Source: Eledone cirrhosa (lineage: Eukaryota). From it: DNA of 64,000 nucleotides. Where the stretch lies: the NCBI GenBank assembly GCA_964016885.1, contig OZ024744.1, forward strand, positions 37,200,001 to 37,264,000, written 5' to 3'. The position numbers and the translations under genes were made by a program. The notes under the pieces are model-generated. The model ran no database searches. It was not told where the DNA came from and saw only the letters and a list, made by a program, of their open reading frames with translations. The stretch's first letter is position 1. Each line of letters begins with the position of its first letter. Below, piece by piece: positions 40,498-55,173 of this stretch.

Positions 40498-40855
40498 TAC
40501 ACATACATGTATATATATGCGCATGCACAAATAATTACATGTATGTATGTATGTATGTATGTATGTATGTATAGAAAGACAGATTGATAGATATCTGTGC
40601 GTGTATATATATATGTGTATATGTGTGTATAGATATATGTGTATATGCATATGTATGTATATATGTGTGTATATATATATATGTATATATGTGTGTATAT
40701 ATATGTGTGTATATGTGTGTATATATATATATGTATATATGTGTGTATATATGTGTATATATATATATGTATATATGTACATGTATATATATGTATATGT
40801 ATGTGTATATATACGTATATATATATGTGTTTATATATGTGTATATGTCTATATA

Positions 40856-40996
<141 letters not shown>

Positions 40997-41354
40997 GTGT
41001 ATATATATGTGTGTATTCGAGGGAGAGAAAAAGTCGGTGAACAGGAGGACATAATTTGGGGTTTGGGGACGTGTCTTGTGTAGTATGTGATGGATAATCC
41101 TGTTAATACGGATTTTACCTTCTCCTAATCTAATTTAGTAAGTGTACATATTGTTGTTTAATAACACTGGTCTACGCTTTCCTTTTCGTTACGGGTATCA
41201 AAAGTTCATTAACTTATAATCGAATGAAGTGCTTGCCTGACGAAAGAAAGACGATAGCGTTCGTGTTAATGTGTTCACGGTGGTATGTATGTATGTATGT
41301 ATGTATGTATGTATGTATGTATGTATGTATGTATGTATGTATGTATGTATGTAT

Positions 41355-42197
41355 GTTATCTCTTTCTCTCAATTTCGAGTATATTTTTTTGACCGGCCAC
41401 CTTCCTGGTGGCAAGCTTGTAAAAGAAAAGAAATTGTCATCCCTTGAATCGCAAGAACGTTTTGCAAATTTTGAAGGTGCCAACTATCGCAGCCATTTGT
41501 AGACTATGATGTATGTATGTATGTATGTATGTATGTATGTATGTATGTATGTATGTATGTATGTATGTATGTATGTATGTATGTATGTATGTATGTATGT
41601 ATGTATGTATGTACGTATGTATGTATGTATGTACGCATGTATGTATCTATGCATGCATGTATGTATGTATGTATGTTCTTCTGGTTTTATAATTTCACAA
41701 ATGTTTACCAATAGAGAGAGAGTAGGTTTCTAACATAGACACAAGACTCTCTCATTGGAATTTACACAACACCAACTAGGTAGGTATGTATGCATGTGTA
41801 GATATGGATGTTATTGTATGTGTGGATGTGGATGGTTTGAGTTGTATGTGTGCATGTGTATATGCTTTGTATCTGTACATGCAGTTATTAGATGCAACAT
41901 TTTTGGAATGTCTTACAAATTTTTACTGTTCTATTAATGGATTGTACTTGTAATTTCCTAACTAGTTGTGTTCTTTCTGTTCCTGTGAAGCCCAGCTTCT
42001 CAAGATTTGTATTGAGGCAGTTACTGATATATCTCTGTGCCTCAATAATCACAGGTATAAATCTGAAGGTATAATCAGGGTGGAGTATCTGCAGATTTCT
42101 CATCAGTTTTGCATAAATATTCTCCATTTCGCTAATCCTTGATATTATATTGGCATCTGTTGGGCATGCTTTCTTCTCCCTGTCCCATATCATAATA

Positions 42198-42228
<31 letters not shown>

Positions 42229-43165
42229 TGTATGTATGTATGTATGTATGTATGTATGTATGTATGTATGTGTGTGTAGGCATGTATGTATGTGTGTGTA
42301 TGTATATATATATGTGTATGTATATATATGTGTATATGTATATATATAATATGTATATACATGTGTGTATGTATATATATGTGTATATGTATATATATGT
42401 GCATATATATATGTATGTATGTATGTGCGTATATATGTTTGTCAATGGCCATCCAAAATCACCGGGAGAGATGACCCCTTAGCCTTTGTCAAGGCAGAAT
42501 TCTAGAACGAAAACTCTCATATAACACCTGCAACGCTGATGGTATCCAATGATGTTGACTTGTTCTTGTTTTTGGTAAATATCATCTTGGTTAAGAGAGT
42601 GAGACTGGCTTTGTGCAGTGCTTTTGCTCACTATAAAAGCTTCACAGCACAGGCATTGCTTTATATCTGGAGATCTCTCTGCACTTGTCGTCACATGGTC
42701 CCATGGGTCCAGCACTATGTGTCAGTAATTGTCACAAGTGTAGTGTTTGTACCAGAGTTTTCAAGTCGCTGGCTGGACTAAAAAGTCACACTCGTTCAGC
42801 GCATCGGTAGGGGTTCTCCTACATGGATATAAGGTAGTGGCCGTACTCAAAAACGAGTTGGCAGCCACCACCATGTATGTATATATACATGCATGTTTGT
42901 AAGTATGTATGTTTGTAAATATGTATGAATGCCTATATGTATGTACGTACGTATGTATGTATGTATGTATGCACTGTGTCAATAATTGTCACAAGTGTAG
43001 TGTTTGTATCAGAGTTTTCAAGTCGCTGGCTGGACTAAAAAGTCACACTCGTTCATCCCATTGGTAGGGGTTCTCCTACATGGATATAAAGTAGTGGCCG
43101 TACTCGAAAACGTGTTGGCAGCCATCATGTATGTATGTATGTTCTTCTGGTTTTATAATTTCACA
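41355..43165. mobile_element. Mosaic of R4/Dong 3' ends (-) and RTE derivatives (+) separated by (TATG)n
   Basis: 41355-41505 matches 17869-18022. 41675-42190 matches 20987-21545. 42442-42872 matches 22868-23300. Confidence 0.85.
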
Positions 43166-43169
43166 AAGT

Positions 43170-44820
43170 TTTACATACACCAGACGTGGTATCACTTCCA
43201 ACCCGGCTTCGTATGTCAATCCTGTCCATGAATATTATGATACCCACATTGAATAATTCCGACTTCGCAACATTTATCCGAACACAATTATTAGAACATT
43301 CATACATAGATATTAGAGCAACAAAAAACAGACTATCAATGCCATACTCCAGTAAAATCTTCCACAAACTTCTATGGAAGGCAGTGATTTGCATTTTCTG
43401 GGTCTACAAAATAAGCACACACTTCATGGCAATACTCTCAAAGGTTCTTAAAGATCAGTGTACATATTTGGTCGGTTGTGCTGCGCTCAGAGTGAAAAAA
43501 ACTACACTGTTCGTAAGCTAGCTTGGACTCAACAATACCTTACATTTCTTTGCATAGACTTTACCGGGTTAGGCTTAACAAGGAGATCCCACTATAATAG
43601 GATTTCTCTTATCTTCTTTTTTGAAAATTGAGATTATCACTCCCGATTGCCATTATTTAAGTGCCTTTACAGAGATCCAGGCCTCCCGGCACACACAAGT
43701 CAACCAGAGAATCCTTTCTCTATTTAAGGCTTTTGTGACCTCAGCCTCTGCGAGGGTATTCATCGCTCCCAAATGCACTTCGTGTACATCAGTAGATGCT
43801 GTTGAGATGTGGTTTAGGAGATCAGCTAAGTATTCTCTCCACCTCGCGAGAACCCCAGACGCATTCCTGATAGCATGGTGGAGGAGGACTTATTATAACG
43901 AAGTTGAAGGATGGTTTTCTAACATACGTTATTTGCTGCTCTGAAGTCAGATTCCAGGTTAACCCCAAAGTTCTCCCATGTCTTAACTTTGGATGCCTTT
44001 ACTGTCTCAGCAGCAACTTTTAGCGCCTGTTTGTACCACACGTGTGAGACGGATGACTCGTTTTCAAGTCAAGCTTTGTAAGCCTCCTTCTTTGCTCAGA
44101 TAGAACGTTTAGCCAAGGGGTCCCCATTTTACCCAGTGCCACATTAAGCCGCATTCGCCTACAGCATTTAATAGCTGAAGCAAAAACTGCTGAGCTTAGC
44201 AGTCTCCACTTTGTCTCAACGTTCTCAGTGTGCTCAGGGAGTTTTCTCAATTCGGATGCAATAGTATCCGTAAACTTGGTCTTTATTTCCTTATCTGCCA
44301 GCGATTTGCACATTATCATATAGGTCAAACTGGGCTTCCAGGTTTTGTGGGTTTCCTTGGCTTTATGTATTCATAGGTTCCAGATAACCAACTAGATGGT
44401 AATCAGTTGAAAGCATGGCCCCTAGCTTAACACGAACATGCAGCACAAAATCGAAGAGATCAGAGACAATATCAAAATATAATATTGATTTTTGACCCCG
44501 ACTTCCCTTATACTATCTGTATTTATGGATGTCTTTGTACCTGAAGAAGGTGTTCATAATAGAGAGTCCATTGCTGAGAACAGAAGTCTAATAAGGCCTC
44601 TCCATTCATATTTAGATTGGTATCGCCATTCCTTCCAATCACCTTGACTGATGATCAGATCCAACATATGCATTGAAGTCTCCCATTAGGGAATATGACT
44701 CAGTCTTAATTACATCTAATGTTTCAGTGACTTCATAAAAGAAAATCTGTACTCAAACTCTGTGTTTGGTGCATCGAACTTGCACTACCTACAGGAACAT
44801 TTCAGTCAACCTAAGCTTCA
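43170..44820 (-). pseudogene. Decayed RTE-like LINE (APE to RT)
   Basis: MGDFNAYVG, TFF..KDIHKY, STDYHLV, and SLWKILLEYGID..MYECSNNCVRIN. Confidence 0.75.
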
Positions 44821-45031
44821 AGGGGTGATTTATAAATAAGAGTTAAAATACAAGGTATCTAATCGGATATAATTATGAAACTCTGAGTACAGACAAATAC
44901 ATATGCTGAGTTGCCGAGTAGAATAGATAATGTGAGAGTAGATTATCAAAATATAATATAAAAAACATACAAAACAAAAACAAAAGCATACAGAAATATG
45001 GAAATATACGAAAAAATATAATAATAATAGT

Positions 45032-45065
<34 letters not shown>

Positions 45066-45307
45066 TTTTCTTTATTAACCACAAGGGTTCACATAAAGTA
45101 GACATTAAGGACAGTACAGGACAATACAGGACGGTACAAATGGGCATTTCTGCGTGTAAAAAAACAGAGGTTGAAATAAAATAACAAAGAAAAATTCCCC
45201 AATAGGGGGGAGACTTCCAAGGGACATTTGTGGAGAAAGCCCATTAAAAGACCACAGTGGCCCTGACCACCAGGGCAAGTGCCCTCTCCCAGTTTTCCAC
45301 CTTTAAT

Positions 45308-48300
45308 TTACAGACACATACTCAGAGAAGGCCCATTCATTCGGGCCATACTTGCTTCTCTCACCCATCTTTCAACAAAATGCTGGGAAGAGAGCACTTC
45401 CCCCTCTACCCTGATTTTCCTTTTCAAATGAAATTTGAAAAAGTTAATCAGGGCATCACCGAAGAGGTAAGTGCTCGTCTTCAGCCCTTTCAAACGTGTC
45501 CACCATACTATCTCTTTCGCCATGGCCACCAGACAGATAAAAACTGCCTGCCCTTCCAGGCTACAGGAAGGGGGCGGGGCAATCCTCACGATGGACTCAG
45601 CTGATAGCTGGATCCGTCCTACACGTGACAGCAGGTGTTCGACATAAACCCACAAGTCAGCAATGCTCGGACACTGGACGAGTGCGTGCAGGACGGTTTC
45701 GTCGCCCTGCGCGCATCTCGGATATGCCCGGCTGACGGCACCTCCATGCCTGTAGAGTTTATCCCGAACTGGCAAAGCTGCTCGGTAGCACTGCCAGGCC
45801 AGGGATTTCTGGAAGTTGTCCATAGGCCCCGGCCCGAAAGTCCTTCCGAAGAGATTGGCTAGTTGATTTTCGTCGACGCCTAGAGTTTCTCCAAGTACGT
45901 CGTCGCTCTTCCCCTCCACTAACCCCCTATAGAACGCCAAGGTGGAGTTTCCACCGATCACATTGCCCGATTGGTCGAGGGCTGTGAGCGCCTGAAGACA
46001 TTCCAGTCTCCAAGCGCTCCCTCTCGGTCTTCGCTTGACCCAGGACTGCAGCTCCGTCAAGGAGACGAGCTGGGGAAAAACGTGTCTAGCAAACGGCGAC
46101 CACACCTGATCACCGTCGAGGAAGAGGTGGAGATGTCGTAGCCTGAGCGCGTGTCTGCGCATCATCAGCCACGGCATGCCCAGCCCTCCACGTAGCGGGT
46201 GTTGACAGCAGATGGACCGCCTGACCATCGGAGCGCGTCCCTTCCACAAGAAGCGAAAGAGCAAACGCTCCAGCGCAGTCAGGCGGGGCTTAGGACAAGG
46301 TACGACGGTCAGGCGGTAGTAGATGACGGACGCGATGTACGCGTTAGCCACCTCCGCTCGACCTTTCAGGGATAGCTTCCACTCGGCCCATTTCTGGGTG
46401 AGAGAAGCCACCCTGCTCGTCACCTCGTCCCAGTTTTTGTCCGTCTGGAGGTCTGGACCGAACCAGACCCCTAGCAATTTAACCGGTCCGACTGTCCAGC
46501 GCCCGACGACGCTGTTGGACGGCATGGACCTGCCTCTCCAGGTGCCGAGCTGCAGGCCCACTGACTTTTCCTGGTTGATCATTGCTCCTATCACCGCTTC
46601 GTATTCTCTTAGTGTAGTGCCGATCGCTTCGATGTGTTTGGCGTTCGACACCACTACGGTGACATCGTCGGCATATGCTGACACGGATCTTCCCCATCCT
46701 AGTTCGCGCGGGAACCCCCTCAACGTCTCCAGTTTGTGCAGTAATGGCTCGAGAGTCAATACGTACAATAGGGACGAGAGGGGACATCCTTGGCGGACCG
46801 AGCGCATGATGTTGAACGGTTCCGAAAGGTGACCGTTCACTCTCACTACAGAGCAGATGTTGCTGTGCATGGCAGCGATCCAGCCTCTGAAGACGGGCCC
46901 AAAGCCAGCCGCCCTCAGGACTGCCTCTAGGTAACGATGGTCGACCCTATCGAAGGCTTTCGACTGATCTAAATTGATCAAAGACCCACCCGTGCCAGGT
47001 TCCCTAGCTACCCTCTCTACGATGTATCGCATGAGGTGGAGGTTGTTGTGGATGGATCTGTTGGGAATGGCGCATGTCTGTGCCTCTCCCACCAGACCAT
47101 CAACGACAAGCGCCAACCTCTTTGCTAGCACCTTGGCCAAAATCTTGAACTCTGTGTTTAGCAGAGTTATGGGCCTAAAATTATCTATGTTATCCCCCTT
47201 GTTCGGATCCTTTCTCAGCAGCGCCACCGCTTCTCGGCTCACAGAGCTGGGAATACTCCCGTTCTGTTGCCAGTTGCAGTAGACGTCCGCCAAGAGGCCT
47301 CCGAACAAGTTTGGCATTTGTACGTAAAGTTCATAGGGCAGACCATCCAAACCAGGCGATTTACCCCTTGTGCAACTAGTCATTGCATCCCGTACTTCAG
47401 CGGTTCTTATCGGCTTTTCGCAACACTCCGCCTCAGTGGCCGAAAGCCGCGGCAGTCCGTCGAGGTAGACACTAAAGTCCATCCCTCGATACGGTCCGCC
47501 ACTGCCCCCGAACAGTTCAGCGAGGTGTCGCTGAAAAGCTTCACACATTTGCCCGGGATCGAGTAGCATGCGCCCGTCGTGGTCCACCAAAGACCGGATC
47601 GTGGCTTTGTTGCCACGACGCGCCTCCGCCACTCGGGCCCATTGAACGGCTTTCGTCCCCTCGTGTCTGAGAGCACGCACCCTAGCTCTGACAACGCAGC
47701 CTTCGTGCTTTGCATTGAAGAATTGGTCAAGGGCCAATTTCGCCGCAAGTACGTCGGTCGCGATGCCTTTGCTAAGCGCCTCATCTAATTTTCTAACTAG
47801 TTCTCCCTCTGCTCTATTTTTCTCTATTGCTAAAGTCTTACTAAACCTAATGGACTCTATTCTAATTGCTCTTTTCAGAGCAAACCACCACTTGTTGTTG
47901 ACGATGGCCCCCGTCAACGCCCGCTTAACTAGTTCGCTAATCCGGTCTCTGTAGGCCTTGCGCGCTGGTAAGGACGCGTTTAGCTTCCAGTAGCCGGGTC
48001 CTCGCCTATGAAGCCTATCTAAGTCAAGCACGCAGATCACGAATTTGTGGTCCGTGTAGCTGACTATCTTGAATTGTGGACAGCCTATGCTAGACCTATG
48101 TATTTCCCTACAAAATACTCTATCTAGATATGATCTGGATGACCCTATGCGATTTGTTCAAGTCCACATTGGTACATTCGGGAAATCCATTCGGTACCTG
48201 TCAGACAGTTGAAAACGTCTGAGCAGGTTGGTGAGACTCTTGCACCCTCCTTCCCTATCCACTAATCCCACACAATCCCAGCGTGCATCTAAGATCCCGT

Positions 48301-48727
48301 TCCAGTCGCCCACTAACACTAAAGAGCGGGACGTTCCAAGAAAGGTCTGCAGACGCCGGAAGAAATCAGGCCGCCCTGCTCCTGTCGGGGCATAGACGGC
48401 TACTAACCTGAAAGCTTGCCCGTCTCCGCTGGTCACGTCCAGCACCACCAACTTACCTTCTGGGTCCAGGAAGATGGCCCGTATGGCAAGATCCAAACCT
48501 CTCCGAAAAAGCACAGCAACTCCTCCCTCCGATCCCGGACGGCTGGGAGATGCGTACACATCGTAGCCGCCGAAGATCGGTGCGAAAGCCTGTGCTTCGG
48601 AGATTCTGGTCTCGCTGATGGCCACTACATCTATGTTTAGTGACCTGAAGTCGTTGAGCAGGTGGCCCTGCTTCCATGACGACCCCAAGCCACGCGCATT
48701 TATGCTGCCTATTCTGAGTGAGGTCAT
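45308..48727 (-). pseudogene. Tx1-type ORF2 (APE-RT), open except for one nonsense codon
   Basis: ORFs 48158-48727 and 45308-48040 are in the same frame. A TGA at 48158-48160 replaces the Trp of WTW.NR seen in the other copies. VRQGCPLS and YADD are intact. Confidence 0.92.
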
Positions 48728-48761
48728 GTTGAAAAGGAGTGGAAAAGATGGGAAAGACCAC

Positions 48762-50735
48762 TTACCTTACTTCTCGTAGGGGAAGGACGGTTTTTCCATC
48801 CTTTTCACTGCTTGTGGCCTCCTCAGGAAGGATGTCCTTATAAATCCTCCTGGAGAGTGCTTGTCGGAAGTCTCCGATATCTTTGGGGAATTTTTGTTTT
48901 AGTGTCATGTACGTTTTCTGTGTGATGCGAGTGATTTGTATGTGTGGAGGTGGTGTGAATTTTGGGGTTGTTGTGTAGTCTTTTTCTGTGATGCTGGTGT
49001 TGTGTTGGATGTAGTGTAATAATTGCTTGTTGTTCAAATTTAATGCTGTGTTGAGTGTATCGTTTTGGTTGTTTTGTTTTGTTTGCGTTTGTTGTGGGTT
49101 TGTTTCTGTTTCGCATTTTGGTGACTTTTGTGGTGTAGGTGATAGTGGTGTTGGTGTTAATGATGGTGATGGGGTTGGTGATGCTGGTGTGGATGGTGGC
49201 ATATCTGTCCTAACTTTTTTGTTTCTTAGTTTATTTGTTTCCCTCTGTATTTTGTTTTTGGAGGGGGGAAGGAAGAGAATTTTTTCTTTTTTGGTTTATT
49301 TTTATTTTTCCGGATATCGTTTCCCACTCCTCGTCGTCACAATTTGTCTCCAGTTGTGATAGGCCGGGGAGTGGAAAATCCTCCACAGGCGTTAGTTTTG
49401 GTTGTGGGGTGGTGGATGGTGTAGGCGCTGGTGCCAGTTCTGAAGCGTTGGGTGGTGGTGGTGTTAGTTTTGCTGGTGGTGGTGGTGGTGTTGGTTTTGC
49501 TACTGTTGCTGGGGTTGTTGCTGTTATAGTTGCTTCTGTTGTTGCTGCTACAGTTGTTGCTGCCATCTCTGCTACTGGTGGTGTTGATGGTTGTGTCACT
49601 GGGGTGGGTAGGAGAGGTGGCCTCAACCTTTTAGCCTGAGGGCAGAAAGCCCTTAGGTGGGTTCCTTCACCACAAACGACACACCTAGGTCTTCTGCCCT
49701 CGACAATTACCGTGATGTGGCTGCCGTCAGTGAGGTCTATTACCTCTGGGATCTCCTCAATGCTTTTTTGGTCCGCTTGGATCAGGAGCTCCATCCCAGA
49801 TCCGGACCAGTTCTCCTGCTTTTCTTTTGCTATTGCTATTATTTTTGTGCTGGCTTCGATGCCGGCGAGGACGGCCGCTATTAGCCAGGGAATTTCGATG
49901 GCCGGTGGAACGTGGGTCACCCTGATCTTTACGAGTCTCTGGCCACAATAGCTTGGGACGAGTGTGAAGTCGTCACTTCTTAATGGGGCCATGGAGTGTT
50001 CTCTAGCCTCCTCTGGTGTTTCAAAGAACACGTCCACGGTTCCATACTTTTGCCCACGTCTGATGTGGGTTTTTCTTGCCCACACATATCCCAAAGCTTT
50101 TTGGATTTGGGACTCGGATGCCCGTTCCACTCGGCGCGATTTTACATTTATTGTTCTATACGACACGGTGCATAGGCGCCGATGCTCCATTTTATTAGGT
50201 GGGGGGTGAGGCTGACCCTGTACCCATCTTTCTTTACCATTTGTTTAGCATTTTCTAAATCCTCCTGAGTTACCGTAAATGCTTCGAACTGTTTTGCTAC
50301 TCTGGCGAAACTGAGGGTCGATTTTATAATGTCATTGTTGTTGTTGTTGTTATCGTTATTTGTGTTAATATTAATTTTAGTTTCAGTTGTGGTGGTGGTG
50401 ACGCCAGTCGTCTTTGGTGGGGAGGAGTCCATTTTGCTTGATTTCATTTCGACATCACGAGTTAATTTATTTTTTTCTTCTTTTGTTTCTGTTGCTGCGG
50501 TGGTGGTGGGGGTGGTGGTTGTCGCGGTGGTGGTGGTGGTGGAGGCTTTAACACCTGCAGTCATTGGTAATGGCGGGAAATGAATGTCTGCCTGAGACAA
50601 ATTTAAAATATTGCTAGTGCTTATATTTTTTTTAGTGTTGGCAAACGTAGTAACATTTACAATGGTGGTGTCGGTGTGAGGTGTTAATTTGTGAGAAAGG
50701 ATTTCAGCTGCTTGGTGCAGAGGTGAATTAGCCAT
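48762..50735 (-). pseudogene. Tx1-type ORF1 with zinc knuckle, two frameshifts
   Basis: Pieces 50148-50735, 49231-50190 and 48762-49202. Motif RRPRCVVCGEGTHLRAFC. Confidence 0.85.
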
Positions 50736-50945
50736 TTTTCTTTCAAAGAAATTTTTTGATAATAATAAAAGTTAAAATTTTGGGCACAAGGCCCCAATCT
50801 TTTTGGGTGTCCTTTTCGGAAAACAATGTATGTGCGCTTATATATGGTTAACAATAAAAAATTTCCATAAATGGCAATTTTTAACAAACGGAAATAACAA
50901 AACTTTGCGGAGCTCACGATGATACGATTTACTACGTAGGTCGCC

Positions 50946-51002
<57 letters not shown>

Positions 51003-51003
<1 letters not shown>

Positions 51004-51820
51004 GTACCTTCTTTGAGAAAACTGAATTTAGAGATCCACAGACATGGAACTGGTTGAAAAGAGGAGACCTTAAAAAGGCTACAGAAGGAATGCTAATGGC
51101 TGCGCAAGAGCAGGCCCTCAAAACGAAGTGGCTGAAACACCATATTTACAAGGAGGAGGCTAGCCCACTGTGTAGGATCTGTGGAGAGAGAGAGGAGACT
51201 GTGGCTCACATTGTATCCGAGTGTAAACACCTAGCCCAGACTCACTATAAAGGCTGGAGACATGATGAGATGGGCAGGGTGATCCACTGGCACCTATGCA
51301 AAGTAAACAATTTACCACATTTTGAGAAGTGGTATGAGCATAAGCCAGAGTCGGTGATAGAAAACGATCAGGTGAAGGTGCTGTGGGATTTTAGGATACA
51401 GACGGACAATAAATTAGAACACAATAAGCCTGACTTGGTGGTTTTGGGCATGGAAAAAAGATCGTGCCTTATTGTAGATGTAGCCTGCCATTTGTCATGA
51501 GAGTGCAAGAAAAGGCGAGGGAGAAAATTAACTGATACCAAGATTTAAAGTGCGAGTTAAAAAGGATTTGGAACTGCCATGAAATCAAGGTCGTGCCGAT
51601 TGTCATAGGCGCACTAGGTACTATCTCAAATAGTTTCCAATGATGGTTAAAGAAGATTAGTCCAGCCCCGCTCTTTGGAACGCCTCAAAAAGCATGCTTG
51701 CTGGGAACAGCAAGAACCCACCGATAGGTCCTGAATGTCTGCGGCTGCAGGTAGCGGCTTGATATTCATTTCAACAAATTTTCCAGTTAAGTAATATCAA
51801 TGACTGAGACTCAAGGACAA
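51003..51820 (+). mobile_element. 5'-truncated Dong/R4-type element (CCHC and RLE) in (TAA)n
   Basis: TEGMLMAAQEQAL, CRICGEREETVAHIVSEC, RHD, VLWDFRIQTD..HNKPDLV. TAA repeats on both sides. Confidence 0.9.
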
Positions 51821-51834
51821 TAATAATAATAAAA

Positions 51835-54368
51835 ATCAACAAGAGACATAGACATGCTGAAAATCATCAAGTGACATAGACATGCTGACAGAAACAATCT
51901 AGCAAAACGCGTCGGCCAAAGCAACTCGTATAAGGCGCTTTGAAAAATGTCTAGATTCTATAAGGACAATATGTTCAAAAACAACCAAAGAGACTTCTAC
52001 AGAAGAATTATCAAGTGAACAATAACTGCTAAATCAATACCACCCAACGAGGAAGTGCAAGAATTCTGGGAAAATATCTGGGCCGAAGAAAAAGTTCATA
52101 ATATACATGCCCCATGGATAGACAGACAAATGAAAGATACAGCTCACCTTGAGGAACAAACATGCGAAAATATAACAGTTAGACAGTTGCGTTTAGCTCT
52201 TAGAAAAACCAGTAAATGGTAATCCCCAGGAAAAGACAAAAAACAAATTTTTGGATAAATGCCTTCACAGAGTCTCATGAGTTGTTAGCCCAACTTTACA
52301 ATGAAATGGTTAAGGAGCCAGAAAAGATACCATCATGGCTAGTTAACAGTATTACATTCCTACTTCCGAAGAATGATGAGACAAACAATCCCAAGAATTA
52401 CAGACCGATAACTTGCTTGACCACAATGTATAAAATTTTAACATCAGTCCTAACTGAATACACATATGACCACCTGATAACAAATGACCTATTTCCCATT
52501 GAGCAGAAAGGGTGTAAACGAGGCTCATATAGCTGTAAGGGTCAGCTTTTGGTTAACAAAATGATACTAGAAGATTGTCATAATAGACACAACAATCAAT
52601 CCATTCGTTGGATAGATTACAAAAAAGCATTCGATAGTTTGCCACACAGTTGGATTGAAAAATGTTTAGAGATTTTCAAAATATCTCCCGTTGTCAGGAG
52701 GTTCCTGTCATTCAGTATGAAAATATGGAAAACTTTTGAACAGTGAAAGAAAATCACTAGAAACTGGAGAAGTTAATATTAACAGTGGAATTTTTCAGGT
52801 TGACTCTTTATGACCGCTTATATTCTGCATCGCACTTATACCATTACGTAAAATGCTCAATGAAACAAAACATGGATATAAAGTCTATGACAAAACCATT
52901 AATCACTTGTTCTACATGGATGACCTGAAACTATTTGTAAAAAATGATGAGCAATTGCAAGGGCTATTATCCACTGTGAATCAGTTCAGTGATGACATTA
53001 AAAGGGTGTTTGGACTAAATAAATGCGCCAAAGCCACGTGTAGTAACCTACAGTCAAAACGTCATCAACTGGTCATGCACAGAGATCAGTAGGCTCGATA
53101 CAAAAATTAAAGAAGTCTTAATCATGAACAGAATGCACAACCCTAAGGCAGAATCAGATAGAATATATCTCCCAAGGAAAGAAGGAGGACATGGGTTAAT
53201 CCAGTTAGATATTGCGTTGAAAACTGCAACAATTGGATTATCTACATATCTAAGGGAATCACAGGATTAGATGAACAAACTTGTTTTGAAACATGAAAGC
53301 ATCAAAAGAACATATTCCATTACAAAAGATGCACAAAGATACAGTAATGAACTACAAATTTCAGAAATTCCATTTACTGCTGAAAAGAAAAACACTAAAA
53401 AAGCAAAGCAGGTAAAAGTAACTGCAAAGAAAGAACTGCTACAGAAACTGGCTAAGAAATGGCAAGAAAAGCCTCTGTATGGAAAATACCCAGAAAGCGC
53501 TAACAATCCTGATGTTGACAAAACTTGAACTCATCAGTGGTTGGCATCCTCTGGACTGAAATCGGAGACTGAAGGACTGATTATATCAGTACAAGATCAG
53601 TGTCTACCAACAAAAGATTATCAAGCCAACATAATAAAAAATGCATGCACTGCAACCTATTATGCCGTTTATGTAAAAATCAACCAGAGACATTTGATTA
53701 TATAATTTCAATGTGCAGTCCTATAGCTCCAACCGAATACCTAAACAGGCATGACAGAGCTGCACAATAGATACATTGGATAATGTGTAAGCATTTTGAC
53801 CTGCCCCATCAAAAGAATTGGTGGGAGCATCAACCATCGCCCGTACTTGAAAAAGATCACATCTCAATCTTGTGGAACTTCAGCATCCAAACAAACCGAA
53901 AAATATATGCAAATAGACCTGATATAATATTGAAGGACTTTAAAAAGAGGGTATCCCTGCTAATTGATATGTCCGTTCCAATAGACAAGAATGTATCTAT
54001 AAAAACATTTGAAAAATTGAGCAATTATAAAGACCTGGAGATAGAAATTGGAAAAATGTGGAAATTGAGAACGAAAACAATACCAGTGGTTGTAGGCGCT
54101 CTAGGAATGATACATAAGGGGTCTAATGATTACTTATCGCAAATCCCAGGAAGCCCGTGTATAGGAGAAATACAAAAGATAGTACTAATGGGAACTGGCC
54201 ATATACCACGGAATATTCTCATAATATATGTACATCACAAGTCTAAACACCTAAAGATGCATGTGTATGTATGTTCTTCCTTGAACATGGCGGATCTTGT
54301 CTCTTGAGGTCACTGGTTGTGACTTGGTGATAACTCGTATGAACATAAAGTAAGATAAATGCAACTAT
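51835..54368 (+). mobile_element. Decayed Dong/R4-type element (RT and RLE) in (TAA)n
   Basis: NYRPITCL, WIDYKKAFDSLPH, HLFYMDDLKLF, ILWNFSIQT..ANRPDIIL. Ends in taataataat. Confidence 0.9.
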
Positions 54369-54899
54369 AATAATAATTATTATTTCTAATTTTGGCACAA
54401 GGCCATCAATTACCCAGTTCATTACTGGTACTTTATTTTATCGACCCCGTAAGGATGAAAGGCAAAGTTTACCTCGGCTGTAATTGAACTCAGAATGGAA
54501 AGGGCCGTAACTCTATGCGCCAAAGCATGGCATCCGACCCTCTACCGATACTGCCAATAATGATGATGACGATGGTGATGATGATGATGGTGATGATGAT
54601 GATGATGATGTTGGTGGTGGTCGTGGTGATGGTGATGATGATGATGATAATGATGATAGTCATAATAATAAATATAATAATTGAATAAATGAAAGAAAAT
54701 GAAAACACGTGTATCGCTAGAAGCAATACGATACATAAAAGAATTTTGGAAAGATGTCAGAGAAGCGGTAAACTTAATCATAATTACAATGGATTGCTTC
54801 GGGAAGAAAAAAGAGTGTTTATATATGAACACAGACACACAAGTACGAATATATCTGTGTCTATATATATGTGTGTATATATATATATATATGTATACG

Positions 54900-55173
<274 letters not shown>

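Larger units (their letters stand above)
45064..50945 (-). mobile_element. Full-length Tx1-type LINE (different subfamily) inserted in (TAA)n
   Basis: (AAT)n at 45035-45063 and 50946-51002. 3' end cccttgtggttaataaagaaaac. ORF1 and ORF2 present. Confidence 0.92.

Noticed and set aside
41238-41283. CTGACGA as another hammerhead
   Set aside because: It is cut by a TATG tract before any stem II closure or GAAA-stem III can be assigned.
48158-48160. Programmed readthrough or selenocysteine at the ORF2 TGA
   Set aside because: The other copies have TGG here, so a point mutation is the simpler explanation.
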